A stretch of DNA of 53,336 nt from Patescibacteria group bacterium. Lineage in GTDB: Bacteria; Patescibacteriota; Microgenomatia; UBA8517. The translations under genes and the position numbers were made by a program. The DNA lies in assembly GCA_022562395.1 (NCBI GenBank), contig JADFPI010000003.1, positions 1 to 53,336 on the forward strand, read 5' to 3'. The notes below the pieces were generated by a model. The model made no database searches, was not told the DNA's origin, and saw only the letters and a program-made list of their open reading frames with translations. Positions 14,249-23,433 of the stretch are shown here, one piece after another. Position 1 is the stretch's first letter. Each line of letters begins with the position of its first letter.

Positions 14249-15349
14249 ATGATTAAAGTTGGAATTAATGGATTTGGAAGAATTGGAAGGTTAGCCTTCA
14301 GAGTCGGGCTTCTCAAGCATAAAAATCAGTTGGAATTTAGCGCAATAAACACTTCGGGAAGCATGTCGCCTTCAGGCTGGGCTCACCTCGTCAACTACGA
14401 CACAATGTACAGGAAGTTTGAGAAGGTGGTTAAGGCAGATGATTTAAAGGACTCAAAAGACGCAACCGATAAAGACCCCTTAATTGGCTATCTTAAAGTC
14501 GAGGGAAATAGGATTCCGGTTTTGGCCCAGAGGGATCCTGCCAAGATTCCTTGGGGAAAATATGGAGTCGAGGTTGTTATTGAGTCAACAGGGAGGTTTG
14601 CCAGCGAGGAAGATGCCAAAAAACATGCATTGGGTGGAGCAAAGCGAGTTGTTATTTCTGCTCCTTCAAAGGGTGGAAATGTGGGAACTTACGTTTTGGG
14701 CGTAAACGAAGTAAAAGGGGATGTTGAAGTTATCTCAAATGCATCTTGTACTACTAACTGTGTTGCGCCGATTGCGGCGGTTATGCATTCTAAGTTTGGT
14801 ATAAAAAGGGCTGCTATGGTTACAATTCATGGATACACGGATGACCAACGGCTTCAAGATAATTCCCACAAAGATTTGCGGCGTGCTCGCGCAGCGGCTG
14901 AAAATATCGTGCCCACCACGACAGGTGCTGCAAAAGCAACAACAGAAACCATCCCCGAGCTTAAAGGCCTTTTTGATGGAGTAGCTTTAAGGGTGCCCGT
15001 TGCCACCGGTTCGATTACCGACTTTACGGTAGTTACAAAAAGGGACGTTACGGTTAAGGAGATAAACGACGCTTTCGTGGAGGCCTCAAAAAACTTTCTT
15101 TATAAAGGTATCTTGGCAGTGACAGACGAACCTCTTGTTTCATCAGATATTATTGGCAGGAGCGAGTCGGCGATTGTTGATTTGTCTTTAACGCAAGTGA
15201 TTGACGGTAATTTAGTTAAAGTTTTTGCTTGGTACGATAACGAGTGGGGTTATTCGAATAGGCTGATAGAGCAAGTTATTAGAGTAGGCAAGGCGCTAGA
15301 CAGCAATAAAGCACCCACAGATCCAATATCTTTATCATTTAAGAAGTAG
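14249..15349 (+). CDS. gap: Type I glyceraldehyde-3-phosphate dehydrogenase
   Basis: GINGFGRIGR, SNASCTTNC, WYDNEWGY. Confidence 0.97.
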   Translation: MIKVGINGFGRIGRLAFRVGLLKHKNQLEFSAINTSGSMSPSGWAHLVNYDTMYRKFEKVVKADDLKDSKDATDKDPLIGYLKVEGNRIPVLAQRDPAKIPWGKYGVEVVIESTGRFASEEDAKKHALGGAKRVVISAPSKGGNVGTYVLGVNEVKGDVEVISNASCTTNCVAPIAAVMHSKFGIKRAAMVTIHGYTDDQRLQDNSHKDLRRARAAAENIVPTTTGAAKATTETIPELKGLFDGVALRVPVATGSITDFTVVTKRDVTVKEINDAFVEASKNFLYKGILAVTDEPLVSSDIIGRSESAIVDLSLTQVIDGNLVKVFAWYDNEWGYSNRLIEQVIRVGKALDSNKAPTDPISLSFKK

Positions 15350-15360
15350 GCAGCAATTGC

Positions 15361-15846
15361 ATGAAGCTCGAACCCAAAGGACGAGACGATAGCCACGTTT
15401 TTGATTATTCTAAAATAACCGAGAAAATTTATGTAGGCAGTGATTTTTGCAAAGGGGGAGTTTGTTTGATACACGGTGAGGAATTTAAATCTTTGGGCAT
15501 AAGCGTTGAACTAAATTTGAGCCATGAGGAGAATGAATTGCCCCCGAATAATCTTGAAATATACACTTGGATTCCTGTTGTCGATGGCTATGCGCCAAGC
15601 CAAAACCAGCTAGATGTTGGAACCGCTATCATTAATGAGGCGGTTAAGGATGATAAAGTGGTATATGTCCATTGCAGAAATGGCCACGGAAGGAGCCCGA
15701 CAGTGGTTGCTGCCTATTTTATTCGCTATGAAGGCTTAGGGGTTGACGAAATAATAGGTGTTATAAAGGGTAAACGGCCGGAGATTCATATAGAAAAGGT
15801 GCAGCGCGTTGCGCTTAAGAAATTTAAAAAGCGATGGTTGAGATAA
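15361..15846 (+). CDS. Dual-specificity (Cys-based) phosphatase
   Basis: VYVHCRNGHGRS (CX5R) and a general-acid Asp loop PVVDG. Confidence 0.88.
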   Translation: MKLEPKGRDDSHVFDYSKITEKIYVGSDFCKGGVCLIHGEEFKSLGISVELNLSHEENELPPNNLEIYTWIPVVDGYAPSQNQLDVGTAIINEAVKDDKVVYVHCRNGHGRSPTVVAAYFIRYEGLGVDEIIGVIKGKRPEIHIEKVQRVALKKFKKRWLR

Positions 15847-16502
15847 TTCCATCGATACTCACCAATGACTCAAAAGAGCTTGCCGAGTTGATGGCAAGAG
15901 CAGAAGGAGTGGTTGAGCGGGTCCATATCGATATCATCGACGGCAAGTTTGCTAACAATAGAACGATTGACCCGTCTGCCTTAGTAGAAATTGACACAAA
16001 CTTAAAGCTGGATTATCACCTTATGGTCAAAGAGCCGATAAATTGGGTAGAAAGATGTGCTCGGGCTTTTGCTGACAGAATAATTTCTCAAGTTGAGCTT
16101 ATGGAAAACCAAGCGGATTATGTTGGAAAAGTTGAAGAAGTAGGCGCCAAAGTCGGGCTAGGAGTTGACCTTGATACACCGGTATCGAAACTCGACCCGG
16201 TAATTCTTAATAACCTTGATGTTGTTTTAGTCATGAGTGTTAAGGCCGGTTTTGGAGGCCAAGAGTTTGACAAAAGGGCGATTGATAAAATAAAAAAACT
16301 AGATGAGATTAGAGCAAAAGACGACACCTCTTTTAGAATCTGCGACGACGGCGGAATAACATTTGAGTTCATAGACGATGTCCACTACACTGGGGCAGAT
16401 GAGGTATCAATCGGTCGAGCATTATTCAAAGGAGATATGGCCAAGAACCTGGAGAGATATCAGAGAGCAGCTCACAATTTAAAATTAAACGATAGACAAT
16501 GA
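15834..16502 (+). CDS. rpe: Ribulose-phosphate 3-epimerase
   Basis: IIPSIL, HIDIIDG, HLMV, MSVKAGFGGQ, DGGI. Confidence 0.92.
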   Translation: MVEIIPSILTNDSKELAELMARAEGVVERVHIDIIDGKFANNRTIDPSALVEIDTNLKLDYHLMVKEPINWVERCARAFADRIISQVELMENQADYVGKVEEVGAKVGLGVDLDTPVSKLDPVILNNLDVVLVMSVKAGFGGQEFDKRAIDKIKKLDEIRAKDDTSFRICDDGGITFEFIDDVHYTGADEVSIGRALFKGDMAKNLERYQRAAHNLKLNDRQ

Positions 16503-16513
16503 TAGCATGCGTA

Positions 16514-16567
16514 AGATAAGTAGAGCTTGTTTCTCGTAAACTCGAGATAAGCATAGCTTGTTTTTTC
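16514..16567 (-). repeat. Two tandem units of the ~30-bp dispersed repeat
   Basis: GATAAGTAGAGCTTGTTTCTCG..GATAAGCATAGCTTGTTTTTTC. Confidence 0.65.
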
Positions 16568-16575
16568 CATCTACG

Positions 16576-17178
16576 ATGAAAAAAATCAAACAAATTGCCT
16601 ACTTTGGCTTTGCCTCTGCGGCGCCCAACGACCCTTTATATAAAGAGGCATTTGAATGTGCAAAGTACCTTACAGGAAAGGGTTTTATTGCCATAAACGG
16701 GGGCGGACCAGGAATCATGAAGGCGGTTTCCGAAGGGGCTAAGGCAGCGAAAGGTAGGGTAATTGGCGTTACTTTTTATCCAAAAGATATAACCACCTAT
16801 GAAGGGAGTGACCCAGAAAACCCCCTTGACCAAGTAGTTGTAACCAAAAACTATTTAGAGCGAACTTTAAAACTTTTAGAATTGGGTGATGTTTATGTAA
16901 TCTTTAGAGGAGGGACAGGCACGATTAGCGAGTTTGGCATGGCTTGGGGGCTGGCGAAGCTTTACTTTGGACACCACAAGCCGTTAATTTTATATGGGGA
17001 GTTTTGGAACGAAATTATGAAAACTTTAAAAGAGCACATGAGAATTAGGCCCCAAGCCCTTAAGGTGTATAAGATAGTCAGTACCCCCGAGGAGGCGTAT
17101 CAAGCAATCCTACTTTTTGAAAAGCTAGTAAAACAGCAGGAACATAAACATGGGGAGGAAAAAGCTTTTCAGCTTTAA
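16576..17178 (+). CDS. LOG/SLOG family nucleotide-processing protein
   Basis: NGGGPGIMKAVSEGA, FRGGTGTISE, KPLIL; ATG 16576 preferred as start. Confidence 0.85.
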   Translation: MKKIKQIAYFGFASAAPNDPLYKEAFECAKYLTGKGFIAINGGGPGIMKAVSEGAKAAKGRVIGVTFYPKDITTYEGSDPENPLDQVVVTKNYLERTLKLLELGDVYVIFRGGTGTISEFGMAWGLAKLYFGHHKPLILYGEFWNEIMKTLKEHMRIRPQALKVYKIVSTPEEAYQAILLFEKLVKQQEHKHGEEKAFQL

Positions 17179-17196
17179 TATAGTCATCTCAATTCA

Positions 17197-17298
17197 AAAT
17201 GACAGTTTGACATTCTGTCATTTGATATAAATGTATTCCTATATATCAAGTTCAAAAATAGTATGAAATACGATATTTTGTTTTGAACTTGCTATATA
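17197..17298. repeat. Two inverted repeats upstream of transketolase
   Basis: AAATGACAG/CTGTCATTT (17197-17223); TATATATCAAGTTCAAAA/TTTTGAACTTGCTATATA (17240-17298). Confidence 0.55.
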
Positions 17299-17318
17299 AT
17301 TTAGATTGACGCCTTACT

Positions 17319-18161
17319 ATGGAGTTTGAGGAATTAAGAAAAAAAGCCAATTTAATTCGCAAGGACCTTATCAAGATGTTGCTTGAGGCCGGGTCCGGAC
17401 ATTCTGCGGGGCCCCTTGGCATGGCTGATATTTTTACTGCCCTTTACTTTGATATCCTTAACCACGATCCTAAAAACCCAGCCTGGGAAGAAAGAGACAG
17501 ACTGTTTTTGTCAAACGGCCATATTGTTCCCATACGCTACGTTACCATGGCTCACGCAGGATATTTTCCCAAGGCTAAGTTAAAAACTCTCAGGAAGCTC
17601 GGCTCAGATTTGCAAGGACACCCGGAGCGTGTTCGTATGCCCGCCCTTGAGACAACCTCGGGTCCGCTAGGAAGCGGACTTGCACAGGCCTCGGGATATG
17701 CCTATGCGGCCAGGATGGACAATAAACGCTTCAGAGTATTTTGTATATGCTCCGACGGCGAGCACGATGCTGGCAATCATTGGGAAGCAGTTTTATTTGC
17801 TGCAAAAAACAGGCTTTCAAACTTAACGGTTTTTGTTGATAGAAACAACATTCAAATTGACGGGCATACCGAAGATATTATGCCGCTTGAGCCCCTGGAG
17901 GACAAATATAAAGCGTTTAACTGGCACACGCTACATATCAACGGCCACAACATGGAAGAAATAATTGACGCGGTTAACCACGCAAGGGCGGTTTATGAGA
18001 AGCCAACGGTGATTATTGCTCATACAATTCCAGGAAAAGGAGTTGACTTTATGGAAAATATGCCCGAATGGCACGGAAAGCCACCAGATACAGCCCAAGC
18101 TAAAGAAGCATTGCACGAATTGCGTACTCTTGGCGGCAAGATAGTGGGAGAGCATGAGTAG
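17319..18161 (+). CDS. tkt: Transketolase N-terminal (TPP-binding) subunit
   Basis: GSGH, RDRLFLSNGH, LQGHP, SGPLGSG, SDGE, HTIPGKG, WHG. Confidence 0.95.
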   Translation: MEFEELRKKANLIRKDLIKMLLEAGSGHSAGPLGMADIFTALYFDILNHDPKNPAWEERDRLFLSNGHIVPIRYVTMAHAGYFPKAKLKTLRKLGSDLQGHPERVRMPALETTSGPLGSGLAQASGYAYAARMDNKRFRVFCICSDGEHDAGNHWEAVLFAAKNRLSNLTVFVDRNNIQIDGHTEDIMPLEPLEDKYKAFNWHTLHINGHNMEEIIDAVNHARAVYEKPTVIIAHTIPGKGVDFMENMPEWHGKPPDTAQAKEALHELRTLGGKIVGEHE

Positions 18162-18183
18162 TCGAAATTAAAAATTAAATTTT

Positions 18184-19176
18184 ATGATAAATCCTAAGGC
18201 GAAACTAAGTAAGAAGATTTTTTCGAAGGAGATAGATATGATTCCCACCCGTAATGGATATGGAGAAGGATTGGTTATTGCTGGAGAGAAAAATGAGAAT
18301 GTTGTTGTTTTGTGTGCTGATTTAACAGATTCCACAAGGAGTAATTATTTTAAAGAAAAATTTCCAGACAGATTTATAGAAATTGGGGTTGCCGAGCAGC
18401 TTTTGGCGACCGTTGCCGCTGGAATGGCAAATTACGGAAAAATTCCTTTTATCTCAAGCTATGCCGCCTTCTCTCCGGGTAGAAATTGGGAACAAATTAG
18501 AACAACAATTGCCATAAATGACGTTCCTGTAAAAATTGGGGGAGCGCATGCTGGAATTTCTGTAGGGCCTGATGGTGCAACCCATCAGCAACTCGAAGAT
18601 ATTGCCATTATGAGGGCAATGCCCAATATAATTGTGGTAGCTCCAGCCGATTCGGTCGAGACCAAGAAAGCTACAATTGAAGCGGCAGAAAACGGCAAGC
18701 CAACCTATATAAGATTTGCCAGAGAAGAAACGCCTGTTTTTACTACAGAAGATACACCATTTAAGATTGGTCGTGCTGAAACTCTCTGGGAATCAAAAGA
18801 CCCGCAAGTAGCCATTATGGGGTGTGGCCCACTTGTTTATGAAGCACTAATGGCTGCTAAAAGGCTCGAAAGAGTAAAGATAGGCTGTATTGTGATTAAT
18901 GGCCATACAGTCGACCCGATTGACGAGCAGACCATAATTAGAGCCGCAAAACTAGCAGGTGCGGTCGTTACAGTCGAAGAGCACCAAATAAACGGGGGTT
19001 TCGGCTCGGCCGTTGCAGAAGTCTTAAGCCGAAATTATCCTGTCCCAATGGAGTATGTCGGAATGCCAAATTCATTCGGAGAATCAGGAACACCAGATGA
19101 GCTTCTTGAGAAATATGGTATGAAATCAAAGCACATTGTAAGTGCTGTAAAGCGGGTCTTGAAAAGAAAAGCTTAA
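18184..19176 (+). CDS. tkt: Transketolase C-terminal subunit
   Basis: GVAEQ, GPDGATHQ, TVEEH, FGESG. Confidence 0.95.
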   Translation: MINPKAKLSKKIFSKEIDMIPTRNGYGEGLVIAGEKNENVVVLCADLTDSTRSNYFKEKFPDRFIEIGVAEQLLATVAAGMANYGKIPFISSYAAFSPGRNWEQIRTTIAINDVPVKIGGAHAGISVGPDGATHQQLEDIAIMRAMPNIIVVAPADSVETKKATIEAAENGKPTYIRFAREETPVFTTEDTPFKIGRAETLWESKDPQVAIMGCGPLVYEALMAAKRLERVKIGCIVINGHTVDPIDEQTIIRAAKLAGAVVTVEEHQINGGFGSAVAEVLSRNYPVPMEYVGMPNSFGESGTPDELLEKYGMKSKHIVSAVKRVLKRKA

Positions 19177-19607
19177 TTTACCTCTTCTCCACAATCTTGA
19201 GGACAATAAAGAGGACCGCAGTCGTTTGTTGTGAATTCTTCGGTTATCGTAGATGCCGTGCATGATTCGTAGGGCTCACATAGCCCATTTCCACAAACAG
19301 CACAAGCCGTTATTTCTTTGCCAAAGCGTTTATAAAGTCCACAACTTACCTCTGTATCAATATCCTCGTCAAGGTTTAGCTCAAATTTTTCCTCTTCTGT
19401 CAATTCGCGGGTAAAACGCTCGCCGTTTTTTGTAACGCAGACTTCAGGATAAGACTCTTGAATTACACTACCGGGCAGCTTAACACATTCTGCAAAGGAG
19501 GCGGCAGCTTGTCGAACACTCCCGGATGAGCGTCCAATTAATATGGCTGAAAGAAGAATGAAAGCGGTGGAGGCGGCCAGAAATAGTAGTCCTTTTGATT
19601 TTCTCAC
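19173..19607 (-). CDS. Membrane-anchored Cys-rich exported protein
   Basis: N-terminal TM; FAECV..ESYPEVC..G..F module; CGNGLCEPYESC...CPQDC. Confidence 0.7.
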   Translation of the reverse strand: MRKSKGLLFLAASTAFILLSAILIGRSSGSVRQAAASFAECVKLPGSVIQESYPEVCVTKNGERFTRELTEEEKFELNLDEDIDTEVSCGLYKRFGKEITACAVCGNGLCEPYESCTASTITEEFTTNDCGPLYCPQDCGEEVN

Positions 19608-19638
19608 TGTTTAAAGAATAACGCTTTTGTCCAAAAGT

Positions 19639-19815
19639 TTAAAGCTTTAAAAGAGAGCCTTGGTAAACGAAATATCCGATTGATACCAAAAATATAATCC
19701 AGATTAATATTACTGCAGATAGTCAAGGTTTAGGCTTTTTCTTTAGCGGGGCTTCGGGCTTTGCTTCTTCGCCGGCACTTTCAGGGTGAATAATATGAAT
19801 TGCTTCCGGATCCAT
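19639..19815 (-). pseudogene. Truncated paralog of the MDPEAIH membrane protein
   Basis: MDPEAIHIIHPE...KKKPKP*(TGA 19725-19723)LSAVILIWIIFLVSIGYFVYQ...; 5' end nearly identical to 21093-21129. Confidence 0.65.
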
Positions 19816-19889
19816 AATTTTAGTTTGCACCAATTGCCCTTTCTTGACAAGAGAAAATTCTCGGACTAGGCTTAATTTAATCGACTAAA

Positions 19890-20372
19890 GTGAAAAAAAT
19901 TTTCTTTTTGACAGTTTTATCTCTTTTTCTTTTTGCGCAAACTTCTTTTGCCGGCGGATTTTATTTAAAGACAATTGGAGAACTTGACGTTGAAGGAAGC
20001 GCCCTAACGCAGTATTGGTATACAGGTACAAACGTAACCTTTACGGGCGTCGCTGCTGCTAGTGCCACAATTACCGTAACAATAGACGGAGTTTCTGGCA
20101 CAACAATTTCGGACTCTTCCGGAAACTGGAATTACTCTACTAACTTTACTCAAGGAGACCATACAATTACCTTCTCAACAGAAGGAGTTAGTCCTTATAC
20201 TTTCACTCTGACAATAGGCGAAGTGCCTGAGGGAGTCGGTTCTATCTCAAAATCGGATCTCCCTCAAGCGGGAGTGGCTACTCCTACGCTAATAATGTTT
20301 TTTGTAGGGGTGTTACTAATCTCTGCCCCATTTTTAGTTAAAAAGGCTCTTAGTTTTCGTACTTCTTCCTAG
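19890..20372 (+). CDS. Secreted Ig-like protein with LPxAG-TM-basic C-terminus
   Basis: Signal peptide, TFTG..DSSGNW..GDHTI Ig-like strands, LPQAG + TM + KK. Confidence 0.7.
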   Translation: MKKIFFLTVLSLFLFAQTSFAGGFYLKTIGELDVEGSALTQYWYTGTNVTFTGVAAASATITVTIDGVSGTTISDSSGNWNYSTNFTQGDHTITFSTEGVSPYTFTLTIGEVPEGVGSISKSDLPQAGVATPTLIMFFVGVLLISAPFLVKKALSFRTSS

Positions 20373-20423
20373 TTTTCTCCTTCAACGTAGGTTTTTTGGC
20401 CACCATAAAGATTGTATTACGAT

Positions 20424-21115
20424 TCAATCAAGAAATTGGAAAGTGGAGAGGATTTGGTCGACTGCAGGTTTTAGTGGGCCTGCGCTCAAGAGAAATACCT
20501 TTTCTCCGTGGGGAAGGAAGTAGTACACCCATTCGAGTTTGTTGTCGTCAACTGTTATGAGTTTTTTGCCTCTGAACGAGCTAACTATAATTTGGCTTTC
20601 TTCAATAATCTGTGGCCCGTCATATTCTCCCTGGGCATATCTTCCCAAAAAGTTTTGTTTTGCCCACTCGGTTAAATCTTGATTACTGTCATAAGGTGTT
20701 GGGTGGTAGCCGAACTCGAAAGCGATATTGCCTTTTAGGTACCCTTGCCGGTTTCGTCTGGATCGGCTGTAACGGTATCATAGTTTGTCAGAATGGTGTG
20801 ACTGCCAAAGCCTTCAGGAGAGGCGGGATACAAGTACCAGCCAGGCGGATAGCGGATGGAGAAGTTGAGAACTCGGTCGGTATGCTGGATCCAATTATCA
20901 ACGGTAGGGTTGATGGAAGAAGCTGGGGTTTCTTTTTTCAATTTATTTACCTGATTTGCAAAGTAAAAAGTGGTGGCAAGGGCAATGGCCGCAATTAGAA
21001 CTAAAATTACAATCAAAAGACTTGGTTTTTTAGGTTTAGGCAGATTGCTGAAGGGCTTTAGATTTTCTTCAGGAGTTTGTTGGGGAGAAACTATATGTAT
21101 TGCTTCCGGATCCAT
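20424..21115 (-). pseudogene. Frameshifted membrane-anchored protein (PsbP-like extracellular domain)
   Basis: ORF 21115-20735 (TM, FSIRYPPGW) continues in another frame as LKGNIAFEFGYHP...FLGRYAQ into ORF 20648-20424 ending DQILSTFQFLD; one frameshift near 20740. Confidence 0.7.
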
Positions 21116-21173
21116 AATTTTAGTGTGCATCATGTTGGTTGTTCACGCAAGTAAAAGGTGGTAAATTGGATTG

Positions 21174-22196
21174 ATGATGGATAAAAACAAACTCGCCGAA
21201 ATTGCCAAGAAATTGGTCGCTCCAGGAAAGGGAATTTTCGCGGCAGATTGGAGCCTTCGCAGTAGCGAAAAGCATTTCGAAAAAAACGACATTGAACACA
21301 ATGAAGAGAGTCGTCGTCAATACCGCCAAATGTTGTTTGCCACCCAGGGGATAGAAGAATTTATTAGCGGCGTAATATTTTTTGACGAGACAATAAGGCA
21401 AAAAAGTGACAAAGGTAAACCTTTCCCCCAACTTCTTAAGGAACGAGGCATAATTCCCGGTATTAAAGTAGATAAGGGCACGGTTGATATGGAGGGTTTC
21501 CCGGGCGAGAAAGTAACAGAGGGTTTGGATGGCCTGAGTGAGCGACTAAAAGAATATTTTGAGCTAGGGGCACGGTTTGCTAAATGGAGAGCCGTCTTTG
21601 GCGTCGGTGAAGGTAGGCCTACTAGTCAATGTATTGAGTCAAATTCAGAGTCTATGGCTCGCTTTGCTGCCTTAAGCCAGGAAGCTGGTCTTGTTCCAAT
21701 TGTGGAGCCTGAAGTGTTAATGGCCGGTATTCATGATATTGCCAGAGACGAGGAGGTTACCATAAAAGTGTTGGCGGAAACTTTTTCGTATTTAGAAAAG
21801 CACAAGGTATTTATTGAAGGAACCATTCTAAAAACTAATTATGTTCATCCTGGTAAAGAAAGCGGAGATAAAGTCGATTATCAGTTGATAGCCGAGGAGA
21901 CTTTTCAAACTCTAGAAAGGACTGTTCCGCCTAACTTGCCCGGCGTAGTTTTCCTTTCCGGCGGCGATAGTCCAGAAGAGTCGACGGCCCACCTAAACGC
22001 GATTGCCAAATTAAAAAAGGATGTTCCCTGGGAATTGAGTTTTTCTTATGCCCGAGCGCTTCAATATCCGGCAATCGAAATTTGGCAAGGTAAAAATGAA
22101 AACAAAGAGGCAGCCCAAAAAGCTTTTTATCATAGAGCGAAGCTGAACTCCTTGGCGCGCATGGGTAAATACTTGCCCGGTATGGAAAATGATTAA
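21174..22196 (+). CDS. fba: Class I fructose-bisphosphate aldolase
   Basis: GKGIFAAD, GIKVDKG, ARFAKWR, VPIVEPEV, Schiff-base LK, FLSGG, SFSYARALQ. Confidence 0.93.
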   Translation: MMDKNKLAEIAKKLVAPGKGIFAADWSLRSSEKHFEKNDIEHNEESRRQYRQMLFATQGIEEFISGVIFFDETIRQKSDKGKPFPQLLKERGIIPGIKVDKGTVDMEGFPGEKVTEGLDGLSERLKEYFELGARFAKWRAVFGVGEGRPTSQCIESNSESMARFAALSQEAGLVPIVEPEVLMAGIHDIARDEEVTIKVLAETFSYLEKHKVFIEGTILKTNYVHPGKESGDKVDYQLIAEETFQTLERTVPPNLPGVVFLSGGDSPEESTAHLNAIAKLKKDVPWELSFSYARALQYPAIEIWQGKNENKEAAQKAFYHRAKLNSLARMGKYLPGMEND

Positions 22197-23184
22197 CAAT
22201 ATCGAGTTGCTATCAATTGGAGATGCATCCTTGGATGTTTTTATAACTCCGACAGAATCTGACACACTTTGCCAGCTCAACGACAAAGAAAGTTTTGTCT
22301 GCTTTTCTTACGGCGACAAAATTCCTGTTAAGACTTTAGAGATATCAATTGGAGGTAACGCAGCCAACAATGCGGTTGGGGCAAGAAGGTTGGGGGTCAA
22401 AGCTGCGGTCGTTCTTAGTTTGGGCAACGATGAAATCGGTAATCAAATAGTAGATAAACTGAAAAGCGAGAAGGTTAATACTACTTATGTTGTTCAACAG
22501 CCATCGACTTCCTCAAACTATTCAAACATAATAAGTTATGCAGGCGAGCGGACAATTTTTACTTACAAGGCCCCGAGAAGCTATGCTTTCCCAGTTCAGT
22601 TACCGGGAACTCCTTGGTTATATTTGACCTCAATGGGGGACTCATTTAGGCCTTTTTACAACCGTTTTGTTGAGTGGTTAAAAGACAACCCCGAGACAAA
22701 GCTTGTTTTTAACCCCGGAAGCCGCCAGTTAAGAGCCGGTCTGGATTCAATCCGAGAGGTACTTTCCAAGTCATATATTATTTATGTTAATAGAAAAGAG
22801 GCGGAGACACTTACTGGGATGGAGAGTTCGCAGGGAAAGGAGAAAGAGCTACTTTCAGCTTTATCTGGCCTGGGGCCGAAGATTCCAATCGTGACCGATG
22901 GAGGGAGCGGTTCCTTTGTTTTTGATGGCCAGCGGTATCTTATGGCAGGAATTTTGCCGGTGGATCCCTATGAGCGAACTGGTTCAGGAGATTCTTTTGG
23001 GTCGGGGTGTTTGGCAGCCTTGATTCGCGGAAAGCCCTTGGAGGAAGCACTTATCTGGGGAACTGTTAACGCAGCAAGCGTGATAGGCTATACCGGTTCG
23101 CAGCGGGGTTTGTTGAGAGAGAATGAGTTAGAAGTGTGGCTTGAGAGAGCAAGAAGTAGTGAGGTTAAGGTGAAGGAGTTTTAG
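22189..23184 (+). CDS. PfkB family carbohydrate kinase
   Basis: GGNAANNAVG..RLG, NPGS, N..EA, RTGSGDSFGSG. Confidence 0.9.
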   Translation: MINNIELLSIGDASLDVFITPTESDTLCQLNDKESFVCFSYGDKIPVKTLEISIGGNAANNAVGARRLGVKAAVVLSLGNDEIGNQIVDKLKSEKVNTTYVVQQPSTSSNYSNIISYAGERTIFTYKAPRSYAFPVQLPGTPWLYLTSMGDSFRPFYNRFVEWLKDNPETKLVFNPGSRQLRAGLDSIREVLSKSYIIYVNRKEAETLTGMESSQGKEKELLSALSGLGPKIPIVTDGGSGSFVFDGQRYLMAGILPVDPYERTGSGDSFGSGCLAALIRGKPLEEALIWGTVNAASVIGYTGSQRGLLRENELEVWLERARSSEVKVKEF

Positions 23185-23387
23185 GTTGCCGTATAGCCGA
23201 TGGTATTGATGTTTTGTATTATTTGTTCTTTGGTAACTTTGGCCGGGTCAAACTCTATCGTTCCCTTCTTTCCTTCGTAGTCCACAAAAGCCGATTTTAC
23301 CCCATCCATTTGGGTAACCAGCATCTGAATTCCGGTAGCACAAGCTCCGCAATGCATTCCTTCTATGTTAAAGTCAACTTTTTGCAT
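23181..23387 (-). CDS. copZ: Copper chaperone (HMA domain)
   Basis: IEGMHCGAC...IGY; real start is ATG 23387. Confidence 0.88.
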   Translation of the reverse strand: MQKVDFNIEGMHCGACATGIQMLVTQMDGVKSAFVDYEGKKGTIEFDPAKVTKEQIIQNINTIGYTAT

Positions 23388-23433
23388 TAGCCATTTAATA
23401 ATAACACAGCAAAAAAAGATATGTCTAGTTAAA

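Noticed and set aside
19723-19725. TGA recoding (genetic code 25 or 4) suggested by the in-frame TGA
   Set aside because: Conserved genes such as pgk (14237-14239) and the cupredoxin (11652-11654) end at TGA at the expected position, and long genes have no internal TGA.
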